Below are positions 11,997 through 24,900 of a stretch of DNA of 44,074 nt, one piece after another. The position numbers and the translations under genes are program-made. How positions within the stretch are numbered: position 1 is the first letter of the stretch; every line of letters begins with the position of its first letter. The DNA comes from Bigelowiella natans CCMP2755 (Eukaryota; Protista; Cercozoa), in NCBI GenBank assembly GCA_000320545.1, contig ADNK01000946.1:1-44074 (forward strand). The letters are read 5' to 3'. Below the pieces are notes generated by a model. It was given only the letters and a program-made list of their open reading frames with translations, did no database searches and was not told the DNA's origin.

Positions 11997-14900
11997 AGAG
12001 ACCGTATTCGAGCTTATTTGCTAATATACTGCCAAGTTAGAATGTTGCGTGATGAGCATGAAGCATCATATGATCGCGAATGCCGTGCTGAATAAGCGTA
12101 TATTTTTTTAAAATAATAGGAAAAGACAACCCAGTGTAGTTTGGTTGGCCCTTCTTTACAATGGCTACTTAATGTTCCGACTTTATTTGTTGAATATAAT
12201 TCAGATATTGTGCCATTGAGACGCTAAACTGTCGGCAGTATGGTGGAGATCCAAAGGACTTCATTCCCGGTGCTTCGATACATGTTGCTTTTGGCCGAAA
12301 ATCCCTCGAGGATATGTCAGTCTTTGAATCACAAATACGAAAATTGACACCGAAGAGAGGCATTCATCTCTCAATGAAGAAGGATATCTTCCTGCACTAT
12401 AGCACATACGGGGGGGGGCTTGATGCGGTAGATCTTGGAGGGGGATATGGCTTGCCAACTCTATGGAATATCGATACCGTGACAAACAGCGTCCGCACAG
12501 TCGTAAACGGTAGAATCGAGAAGAAGAGAATTGAATACGATGGAAGAATATGAGAGGGGGGGGGGGGGAATGAATTGGAAATTATGGTGCTCTAACTACT
12601 GCCAGACATGCATCTCACATTTCACCTCTTTGCTTGGTGCTGTGTGCTCGCAGGTCAGGACTTGTATTTATGCTATAACAAAGAGGGGACGCAAGTTTTT
12701 ATTTCTCGCGAGAAGAAGAAATTTAACCATCAATGGTACCTCCCTGGTGACAAACAAGCAGGCACCATTCGACCCACGGCATATCCAAAGAAATGCCTGA
12801 CTGTCATCGGCGATGATGAAAAGTATGATAAATCAAAAAAGCTCACCATTGCTCCTCTGATTGCGAATCGAAGCAGCTCCCAGCTTTGGAAGCTGCGGCC
12901 AGAAGCAATTCCTTCTTTTGTGGGGATAGCAATTAATGAGTCTCTGCAGCCTCCCCACGTAGAACTGGTCCCAGAAGATGCGTTTCCAGTTCTCACTTCG
13001 GGGTGGTTTAGGAAGAAAATCAAAGCCATATTTCAGAAATTCAAAACAAATCATTTTACGAAAGACTCAAGCGATGCACTTCGCTCGAGCGAAGTGCTTG
13101 TTGATGCCGATGATAAAATGTGGCTTGAGCGCTGTGTGGGCGGAGTCAAAGGCGGGCCAGTCAATTCGGAGAGAAAGCAAAAGCAAAATCCGATAAAAGG
13201 GTCATCCTTGTCCTCGTTGCAAGGGAAACTCGACACGAAGACGGGGGAGAGGACAATGGTGCTGTCTGCAGTCTCCGAAAACGAACAGCAATACAAGCGA
13301 AAAGATTCTTGCGGTGTCTACTACATGAACACCAAGATGATGCATCGACTCATGGATCAATTTAATAAGGAAGGCAAAGACGTTGTCGTCTATGCGGTGG
13401 ATAACAAAGACAAGTACCTCCAGACGCAGAAGCGCGCGCAGCTTCTTGCTATGGCTCTGAAAAACATTTCAAGGGAACCTTCCATGAAATGTTTTCTTGG
13501 CCAAACTGCAGTGGCAGTGATTTCGCTCGTCGACAATACTCCCGATCCAAGATTTTTCAGCATTCGAGGAATTTCCCGTTTGGAGCTCAGCGAAATCTCC
13601 CGCGTTTTTATCGGAAATCACCCGCGGTTGACTTGCAAGCTAGGGCACACCATGGAGCTTGGCGCAGTGCCGAAGAACACGAAGTGTGGGGGGCGTAATT
13701 GTCAAACTGAGAAGCTGCAGGGCATGAAGACTTTCGGATGCGCCATATGCAATTACTATTTATGCCCACAGCATTACAATAAATCTGCATTCTACAACGA
13801 AAAATCTCACTTTCGAAAGGTCCATCGCATTGACGCGATGGCGCCTATAGGTCATGAAATGGTTACAAATCCTTGCCTGCTCCCATATTCCTCTCCAATG
13901 GGTCAATACATAAGCAAAGACTTTGAAGATATCATCAAGTATAAGGTTTATGATATGAGAATCCGCGACGAGAAGACAATCTTGGATCATAATGGCACAG
14001 AAGGGGGGAGGGAGGGAACAGAGGACAGCAGTGAAGGCCGAGATAAAATTGAAAAGCTGCAACAAATGTCGATGTATTCCTTCAGGTAGTCTACTTCCCC
14101 CTCCACTACTTCCACTTGTTTTACTCGTCCTGTCTCAAAGAGTTACGACACATGCATTGCAATTATTCTCTGTGGCATTGAGCGTTAACGAAAACTGTAT
14201 ATGAGGTTTTTCCTTTTTCAGATTCCGTGCCCAACAGAACTTCAATTTTGTGCGGGATCTTTCCATCCTCCCCAGTGTACGCTTTGAGCTGCTAGCGGGG
14301 TCAGATTCGTTTTTCGAATTCACCGGGGACGATGTCTACTCCTTGACACATCTGGCGGTGGACATGGCCGAGATGGATGCCAACATTGGAGACCTCATAC
14401 GTAAGGTCACTGTAGAGGTAGAGACTAAATCTAGAACGGCGCGGTTTAAGCTTCCCATTGGATATATCAGGTAGAGTCATCATTCGGTAGACATTGCAAT
14501 CTCGCAAACATCGTCTTTATGGCTCACATCATGATCTCACTCTTTCTTTATTTCTCTATTTTTCTTGGGTTTTCCTTTCTTAGGGAAACCTTTTACCGCA
14601 GCGATAGCCCACGATTCTTGATAGGCCTTGATGGTCCTGTGCACGTTTACGGCTACAAAGAAAGGGGTACCGAATCGACCGAGAGAAAGAAGAATGGGTC
14701 CCGTCCGATGCAGGGCTTTGTTTCTAGAAAAGGTAGGAGGTCATATGCTCCCATTTCTTCCTATCAAGACAGAGGTCTTTCTGGGAGTAACGAGGCGGAG
14801 AACCGGGAAGACTCGACAAGCAAGTACTTCCGGAAGACCTTTTACCCCGTATCTGGGATGATGAATGTGGCCACCGCTTTCGAAGGAGATGCGAAAGTGC

Positions 14901-15916
14901 GCGAGCTGACATTTGAGTATCGGCTCAAATATGGACACTTTTCATCTCAGCGCGCCTTGCCCAAGGATGTCCTCATTTGGCCTGGCTCGCGTATCGTGTT
15001 TCGAGTAGCACTAAAGAATCCATCGGAAAACCAGGGAGAGTTGTTTCAGTGTAGGATCTTTGGGAGCAAGTGGACAAAGGTGATTCAGGAGATGCTTAAG
15101 AAGTGTGCGGTGATAGATGGATAATCTTCGACCAAAATTTCACTGCTAATTACTTATTTTCACACATCTGGCTGTGTTCTGCAATTCATATACTGCAGAT
15201 ATGACCTTGCCTGTAGTATGATTCTATCTAAGTCGGTTGTTTTCCGTGGTTTCTCAACTCTGTTAGGATAACTCTAACAAGGTCTTTCCTAGCGATGTCA
15301 ATCGACACAAACGTGTGCCGACAAATCCAATGTTATGCCGCCTGCTGGATCCGATGCGAAATTTCCATTACCTCAACGACCTAAAACGTACAACGCCGGG
15401 GATCAATCTAAAAGGTTCTTGTTGTGTGAGATTTCTGCATACCTGTGCCGAATGACAGCAGCATCAAATAACTGCGAATGTGTGTTTACATGATCGCATT
15501 TACATTGTAACACGGTTAGGAGTCAACCTGTTCCGAGTGGGGATTTTGGAGGCTGCAGCTAGATTTGCCCAGCGCGCAGCTGTGTTGGAAATAGCGCATT
15601 CAGAAATTGGAACTCCGATAGGTACGCGGGTGATAACCGCATACTGCAACGTGGCAGAGAAAATGCTTGCAAATTGGATTAAAACATCAGCGAACAAAGA
15701 AAAAGACCGGTGGAAAACGGTCAAGGATCGGTAGGACAAATTGACCATGCATTAAAATAGTGTTCTTTGAATCCGATTTCAAAATTTGAAAGTGATATTC
15801 AACTTATAAGAAGCGACTGGAAAACGTACCATTTAGCCTCATTTCCCATGGAACAATCGTGTGGATTGAAAAGTCACTGTGTTTAATAAGCATATGAGAA
15901 TAAAAATACAATGGTC

Positions 15917-15954
<38 letters not shown>

Positions 15955-18900
15955 CTGTGCGTTGTGCGTACATAGTTTCATCAAGTTGCAGGAGACACCT
16001 CGGATAAAACATGCGCAGACCTTAAGTAGTCCTTCACAAAAGGATTTTTTCTCCTCTTCTCGGTCTGCCCAAAATGGGGAGCCAATGTCAATAAATGACG
16101 CCAAGAAGGCTTTTGGGGAATATATGCAAGATTTTTGTCCCGTAAGTGATCTACGCAAGACTTCGCGGATTTTGTCGGAGGAATTACTGAGCACTTTAGA
16201 AGAAGACTTAATCAATAAGGTTTTCGCTAAGATCTATGGCCTCCTCTCCATGTATGAAGAACGGGAAAGTATATTTCTCCTTGAAGCTGAGACTCAACTA
16301 AAAAGCATCCAGCACCATCGCATAGAGTACGTCACAGTGTTGTTGTGTTTAGAAAAATTGGAAAATTTAGTGCGTATCAGTGCCTTTGAGAGAGAAATGA
16401 AGAAATATGTGAGTCAACGACGTTACAAGGCTCCTAACTCACATGATTTAAAATGAATCCCTCCCAACTAACCATTCAGGTGCTTGAAGCGTGTATTCGG
16501 TCAAGGGCAGTCTGTCGCAAAGCAAGTTAAGGCAAATGTTGGCGCAGCTATCGCGGAAAAAAAGGCAGAAGTGATTCATGCTGCATCTGAGAAAGCCGAT
16601 CAAGTGATAGAGCAGGCTGGAAAGGTAATGAAAGACGCAAAAATATCCTTGGAGGAAAAGGTTGACAGGACTGCCAGAGATAAATTGCTCCTGGCTCAGA
16701 GAGTTGCTGAAAGTACAGAGCATGAGATAAGTAAGGCAGCTCACCAACAGTTAGATAGAGCCGCATCGGCAATGGACGAAAAAGTGAATCAGACAAAACC
16801 TGCCGCCGTGAGAAAAATTGACCAGGCCAAGGACGCTGTCCATGAGAAAGCGGATAAATTTATCCATCAGCGAAGCAACTTTGACATAAAGACTAGAAAT
16901 TCCGAGAATGATGGTGATCTGAAGGCCGCAGATGAAGAGGTCAATGTGGAGGAAGAAACAGAAGACCTCAACTTTGTGAGGGAGGAGGTTGTCAGTGAAA
17001 TTGAAGGCATGCGTTCCGAGATCCGAGAAACGCTGAAAGAGGTGATATTCGAGAGAAAACATATAAAAATTACATTATCCGGTAATCAAATATTTTTAGT
17101 TTATGAGAAAGATCAACAATGAGGTTGATTGTCTACGTCAAAACCTGACAGTGTTTTCCCCCATAATATCCTCCTTATTCTTATGAATTTGTATTATGTG
17201 CACCAGGCTGGAGGGATTTTCAAGGAATGTAGGGCGGCGGGTGAAGCCTCCCTGCCGCTCCTGGAAGAGACGTTGATCAGATTTTTGCTCCTTTTTCAGG
17301 ATACTTCAGCACACGAAGTCTCCCTCGACAAATTAGCGAGTATAGACCTAAATATACAAAAAGTGGGTAAAAAGTCTGGTGACAGCAAAGGTGATTCCAA
17401 TGAATCAGTCGGCTCCGCTGCCCAACCAAAGTCAAAGCCACTCCACATACTGTTTACTGAGCGCGTTTGGGATCTACTAGATGATAATATCGAAAGACTT
17501 GCTACGAGGATAGATTCTTGCCGCAAGAAGCTCTTTCAGTTCATGATGGATAAACTGGATTTGCTTGAGAATTATGAAGACAAGGCGCTTGACACGATGG
17601 GCGAGATCTTCCAAAGGGCCAAGTACTACAAGGAGCCCATACTGCGTTGCATCATGGCCATACAATCGGATATATCGGAGTTTGAGAAAACGCTGGATGC
17701 GGCCAAAAACCTACGCGTGGCTTTCCTAAGTAGTAACAGTAATAGTTTTTTTAGAAGGTCCAATTTTGGGTTTGGGGAATAACGCCAAAGCACCCTGAAG
17801 TGTACACTCTCTCAGGCATATTTCATCTGTTATGTATTTGCAGATTCGCACGAGCGGCGCTGCCTGGCAAACATTAAAAAACGAATTTTGGGACCGGCTC
17901 GAAAAGGCATCAAAGAGCTGCACTCTCGGCTTTCGTGGATTATTGAGCAAACTCGGAAACGGCTCAACAGTGTAGAAATGCTGGTCGAAACAAAGGTGCT
18001 AGCGATTCCAATCGGGGGGATGTTGTCCTCCTTAGTTGCCACTCTTTCTTGTCTTTCATTTTCCTCTTCCTTCTCTATGTACACTGACCATGCTGTAATC
18101 CCACGTAAAGGTATTGAAGAAAGCGAAATTGGAGCTCAAAAGCATGCAGAAAAGGCGGCGTGAAAAGCTAGCCAACCTCTCCTTTAAACTTAGTGATATT
18201 CAAGAATGCATATTAAAGTAAAGTAAAGCATAGACAGAAGGAGAGAAGTATTTTAGGGAGCATACATATTTAATCTATAAATTGAGCGAAAACTAAGCAA
18301 AATTGATTCGGGAGTTTTTAATGAAATATGTAGTCAAAGGGTGAGCGGCCGCCTTTGTAATCCAGCTTTGTTTCTTATAACAACGATTATCCATACGATT
18401 ATGAAGTCATTGGACATTTTAATAATACAGGCCTGGGTTAGCACCATCAGTCCCTCGTTCTTATATTCCATCCCAACCTCGATCAAGATTCAATAGGCAA
18501 AGGCTGGTTCTACGGCAACACATCGAAAGGACAGTGATAAATTTGATGAGAAAGTCTGCTCACATAGATACCTGGAAAGCTTGGCTGTCAAAACAGCACG
18601 GGAAATCTGAAAACCCATTAAGAGGTAAGTCACCTGTCGCAAAGGCCCAGCAGCAGGCTGAACGTAAGGCAGCTAAAGGCAAAGATGTTGTTGATATAAT
18701 TAAATCAAACGTCGATACCAAATCCGGTAGCGTGGTTACTCATTCTGCGCAAGGTTCAGCTACGGAGAAAACAGCAGCGATCGCACAAAACATGACCAAC
18801 CGTGCTGACCATAAAGCGACAAAGACAGCTGATGGCGCGAAAGGGATTGCAGCAGCTACTCGTTCCATGCCGCCGAAACGAATGAAGCGAATAAAGGCTG

Positions 18901-21900
18901 GTCTTGAACACACCGAAAGCGATCAGAAAGGTCAGGCGTTTGTGCAAGCTGTTTCTGAAAAATGGGGCGAGCCCCTACGAGCTCTTCATGCGAAGTTAAA
19001 AGGGCCAAATGCGGATTTCTTCAAAACTCTGAGGATCGAATTTTTAAGGTACATATCATTAGTAATTCATTACCAACCACGGTTGCTGACCTTCAGACAA
19101 CTGCGTACGATTCACTTGCTCTCTCTCTATCTGTCGGTATAAGTCTCAGGGATACGGGAGGCCGAACTATAATTGGTGGATTTTTCAAGACATTTGAGAC
19201 GGGAATAAGTTCTCTGGTTGAATTCGTAGAGAATGGCCTTCAAGGAGCAGCGGAAAAGTTGAAATCGCTCGAAATCGTCGAAAATTATTTTACAAAACTG
19301 AAAAAGAAGGAAGACGCAGCGCTCGGTAACACGCATTAATAGGCTTGAAATGAGTAGGGGAAAATAAGTCAATAATATGTGTCAAAGTATCTCAAAACAG
19401 AGATAGGTTTCTAATTATTGCCCTCCAAATTGCAGGAGCTTTGAAGTCTCGCCTGGACAGCATTCAATCTAACCGTTTGGCAATGGTTGCGAAGCAAAAA
19501 CATTGATCACTATGAAACATATTTAATGTGGGTGTTCTTCATCAGAACGACCTATTTACAATGTAACTTTCGTCTCTAATTTCCGAATTGTAGTCAAGAA
19601 AACGAGTGCATTTTGCACCTGCAGGGGAATGGGCCGAAGCCATTCCTCAGCATAACAGGGAATATTTGCTGACATAGTACTAACTACTACTTAGGTTCAG
19701 AGCTTCCAGAATGAATTCGGAAAGCACTTAGCCAGATTGCTCCATCAAGGTGTGACTAGGGCTGAGCAGGGACTCGTTTCATGCAGCAACTGGTGCATTG
19801 ACAAAGTTTTCGGGAAGCGAGGGCGGGTGGCCGCGGATTTTATATCAGATCAGACCAGAGTGCGCCAATACTACTCGAAGCTCACCAACGATCCAAATGG
19901 GATGCTGTTTCTAATCAAGATCTCTAGTACCACAGCAGGATTAGAGAGGTAAGCCTTCGTGTTGTTGCGCTGTTATCTTTGTCGTTCACATAATTTTGCT
20001 TTTTTTTCCTGAGTGAATTCAAAATTCATACTTTTGTCCTGGTCGCCATCGTTTTGTCATATTTTCTTCCTCTTATTTGTACTTACCGGCCTGCTATTTT
20101 CTTTCATCATCTCTATTTTTCTCTTTTTTCTCTTTCCTCAAAGATCGGTCACGGAGCAGTGTAAATTAAGCGTTATATCACAGGGGGAGCAGCATCACTT
20201 CTACCCCACGCAAACATCGAGTAAGAAATCGTTTATCGAGGAAGATATTCAAAAGTTCCTTGAGCAGCCTACCATCAACCGTGGAGGATGGCCGGTTATG
20301 TTTGGAACCATTGGGTCACAGGTGTACGAGAAAGTGGCATAGTAAGAAAGGAAGATCGATGCCTCTGTGTATGTGTGTATGTATTTGTGAGAAAGAGAGA
20401 GAGAGAGGATAGAGAGAGAAAAATCGTTTTATTCCGTATACCATAAGCTGCTAAATCTGTAAAAAGGTGGAAAAGATCATCGACAATCGCACGTTCCAGG
20501 GCATCATCTATGGCACCGACAACGCCTTACTTTTCATAAAGTCGAATAACCGCTTTAGCACCGAAGTTAACAATTTGCTTGCCAAGGTATGCTACTAAAG
20601 CGTTGTTCTCTAGAATCTATTGCTACTGTTTCTCATAAGATGCTCCGATGTGATGAAAGATGGGGCCTGATTTACGACGTGCGTTTGGAGTATTAATGAT
20701 CACGATTGATACGGAGAAAACTGGGATTCCTACTTTCGTTAGTAGCATTCTTCATAAAAATTTGGCGTTGAATTCGCCTCTCTGGAGCCACCCGCAGGGT
20801 GGCGGCGGGATTGGTAATATATTACTGAGACTACGTGCTGCGGTGTGATCTATGCGCTAGCCTAAATGATGACAACATACGAACAAGTGGATGACATGTC
20901 GCGGATGGGAGCCTTTATTCTTCTACATCACCATTAGTATCATCATCACCATTTTTATAGCCCTGTTAGTTGAAAACTGGTTTAGTACTTTTTTTTTGGG
21001 CGGAATTATCCAACGCCGGTTAACTCTCTTACTCTGCATACCGCTAAGCGTTATCTCGAGTAACCAATGTTTCGATTTCCTTCTACAGGGAGCCCTCCAT
21101 ATTTGATGATGTGCCCGAAAAGCCCCGGCAGCATGAGGCTTTTTACTCACAGTGGGAAAGAGGCGCAGGGGTCCCAGAAGCTGCTCTATGATTTTGTAAG
21201 CCAATGTATCTTGGGGGATATGATGATGGGAAACGAAGGCAAAGTCAAGGTGGCGATAGGATCGTTGTAGTCTAAGTAGAGGAAGAAGGAGGAGGAGGAG
21301 GAGGAGAAGAAGGAGGGAATATATGAATAGATAAAAGACTCGGATATGATGTTGCACTGCACAACACGCACTACAATAGACCAATATGTTATCATTGTTT
21401 ATTCCGTACTAACTCTAAGGTGGGAATGGATACGAAGCTTGATGACGATAACACTCTATGCAAGGTGGTGTTCCATGTATCCTTTTCCCACGCAGTGTGC
21501 CTAAGTTGCAGCACCAGCGATGAGGTGAATCTTTCTCTCATTTAGATCTTCAATCTCGATCGAATGCGAATGTGCTATGCTATATCGGACTACCTCACCA
21601 AGCAAGGGTAGTAAGTACCATGTTCGCTATCTGCAAGGGGTTTGGGGTTGAGAAAAGGGAGAGAAAGATAGAGAGAGAGGATACATAACAAAATACAAGT
21701 CAATCGTGTAATCATGTAAGTCCGCATACATTCAACAATACACGAGTGTGACTCTTCCGATGTATTACAACCGATATTATCTCGTAGGTCTTTCGCGGCC
21801 CCGGATATGCTCTCGAAGAACGTCTCTTTTGACATGCGCCGCAAGATGCGATCGATCTTGCGGCTCACCAGTGCCAAGCGCGCCTTTGCAGCTGCAACGA

Positions 21901-24900
21901 ATAAGTTTAACATTGATGGAGGGATGAATCGCTCCCCAGCAGAGATTGCAGCATGCCTTATGATCATCCTGCGCCAGCCGTATCTGCAGGTAGTAAGAGA
22001 CGCCACCCCTCAAATTTGGAATGCTATTTCCACTAGGGACCTGAGGATCGAGAAGCTGGAGGATATTGAGCTGAGACAAACAATCGAGAAAGTTACGCAG
22101 TGGTAATTTTCGAGCGGTGAAATTGATGACTCATTAGAACAGTGAAGTATGGAGGGGTAGTAAAGGGATTGCAGGTTGGAGATATAAGAAGATTCTGTCT
22201 ATTGCTCGCACTTTAGTTTCTCTATTTCCTTCTGCTTGATGTTCCTTGCCATCACCACTGTATTTATTTCCTAACTGGGGCACACTGTCTTTTATTTCTT
22301 CGCAGGTTTGGACGTGAGCGTCATACATCCAGCGAATTGAAGAACTTGAAGATGGCGTACGAAGTTGAGCTGCTCATGTACCTCGTTGTCGCGATGATAT
22401 CCTCGACCGAAAAGTTGAATAAAAGAGGTTTGGGGAGACAGTTTATTAGACAATTGGCGGCGCGGTTGGTTCTACTTTCGGATCCTCTCAACATCATCTA
22501 CTCCAAATCCAGCTCATTTCTCCTTGAAATCCTGAAGCCTACGCTGCTATTGGGAGCTATTATGTATGCGATATTAATAACTTTGCCACATTGTTCAGGC
22601 CTGAGCATCTCTGTTTTTCTGCGTTTAACTCGATTTTTGTTTTAAAATCAGATACATGCCTGTGATCGGTATCATTGTTTCTTGGTCAACCGAATTTGAG
22701 GATGGAATTGACGAGGCTAGACACGGCATGCGTTATGCAGCGTCTTTCTGCTCGTCATGCTATCGATGTGTATGTAGCTCCTCGTGGATAAAACGTGCTA
22801 CGTTAATAACGCTCCAAATACTTTACGGATGGGGACCTTTGGTTTCGCTAGTCTTGTTTCCTCTCTCAGCGACAGGAGTGGTTCAAAGTATACATGTGCC
22901 CGCCATCGATGGAATTTCAGCGCTTGTCGTCGTCTACCTTACGTACGTGTTTTCTGACGTAAAAGATCATGCAAAATTATACGAGCAAGCAAGCATGCAT
23001 ATACCTATTGAAAGGCGCCACTATCGAGTCGTCATATATCGTTGTTTTTCCCATCAGGTACTTCCAACTTGGACCAGGGATGCTGCGGAGCTGGTCGCAA
23101 GAATCCATCAAAACAGGAACCTCGATTGGTTGCTTCATGTCGGCACTTTTCATGCTATTTGCGAGCGATGAGCTCGATGGTCCCTTCAGCGAAGAACAGC
23201 TGGTCGGCAATGTTGGCTCCTTCAACAGTGACTTCACACTCTCAGGAGGGGTAGCAAATGTACAGATAATAGAGAGAGTAGGCAGCATAAGATGGTGAGA
23301 AACGAAATCATCTTGTGCGCACATCCACAAGTACAACTAATTACAACTCTCTGAGTGTGTCTATCCAATATCCTCTTAGGCTGGAAATCAGAATATCAAC
23401 GACAACCTCCTCGAGCACTTGCACCTTCCACCCATACTCACAATCTTCTGTTGCTGTTGTTCCAACAAAAACGATCGCGCGTCACAATATGATGACATCG
23501 AAGGCGGTATGTTCTCAACGCTTGAGAGCCGAAGCTCAAGCAGCATCTGGTGGCGCTGTGTCTTTTGGTGCTGCAAGCGCTATCGTGACGACGACTATGA
23601 CTCGGAAGACGATATTCTTTCGATGGGGCTTGCATCTGATGCATCGGACGACGACTTCGTTCCAATGAGTGTTGCATCCTCAAGAGACGTGTCTGAAAGC
23701 GAATCGATAAATTTCAACGACACGGATGTGAAGGGCCCACTTGAGGACTACCATGAGGAAAACAAGATGAAGTCCTATTGGGATGCAAACCTCTCCGTGG
23801 TAGTGAGGAGCGGACAATCTTCCACAAACTCCACTCATCTATGCATCTTTATCTCAGTTGTAATAATTTTTTCCCTCTCTTTTCTCTTCTCGCCCAGTTG
23901 AAGTGTTGATAGTGGTCATTCATTTTACTGCTGCAAATAACACTAATGTAGATGAGTTTACTGGATCGTTTTGAGCATCAGATGCAGATCCGCAGAGATA
24001 GACAGGTATGAATCTCTTGTTGACTTTCCCTTCTCAGACCATTCAAATTTTCTGAGAGTGAGAGGGGGGGGGGGGGGGGGGGGATAACGACGATTATCAT
24101 TATCGATTTCGATCTTTATCCATCAATGTATGTCAAGTTTATCATTCGCGACCAGCGTAGGAAACGTTCAGAGAAAAACGAAGTGGGTTCTAAATACACA
24201 ATCTTTTGCAGGTCGAAGCGGCTAACGGTGACTTCTGTAGATCACTATACTTCAACATTCAAAGCCCACGTGTATTATTTCTTTTTGCGTGCCTCCTTGC
24301 TGGTACGCACTACGTCATTGGACTATGGCTGTCCGTCCGCCGTGTACAGAACACAGATCGCAACATTAATTGGTCAGTTTACAAGATATTGATATCAACA
24401 TGATATAGTCGATTCGCTCTCTTCTCCCTCTCCTCTTTCAATGTTTTTGTTATCATTCATCTTTGTGCAGCGTATATCCGTGTGACATGAAATTAGAACA
24501 ATACAACGAATTGTAAATGTGTATATGATAGTACAGTTGCCTTAATCTCACTCCATGTCCATTACTGGTTACAGGAGATTGTATTTGATTAAGATCTGTA
24601 TGCATTATTATAGGTATGCACAAGGTGCAGTGTATCTGTCTCTCATGTGTCCCCTCCTTCTGGGCCTCACTGCGATGTTTTTCGCTTTGAATCTTTGGAT
24701 TGTTACAGCGTTCCGGAACTTAGAAATGATGCATGCGGTGATAATACTCCCCAGTACTTTCCGTTCTATGAGTGAGGGCATCGACTTCTCTTTAGTGCTT
24801 GATTCAAGCCAGAACCTCTCTGCCTGGTTATGGTGTCGATCGGAGATTTTCAACCGGAGTCAGGAGCGCTTGGAAAAGCTCTTTCCGATGGGAAATGTAT

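Noticed and set aside
2202-15124. Reading the ricin-B ORFs as an operon-like cluster of small lectin/toxin genes or a pseudogene
   Set aside because: ORF ends coincide with phase-compatible splice sites; they are exons of one gene. No recognisable RIP, aerolysin or MACPF toxin motif was seen.
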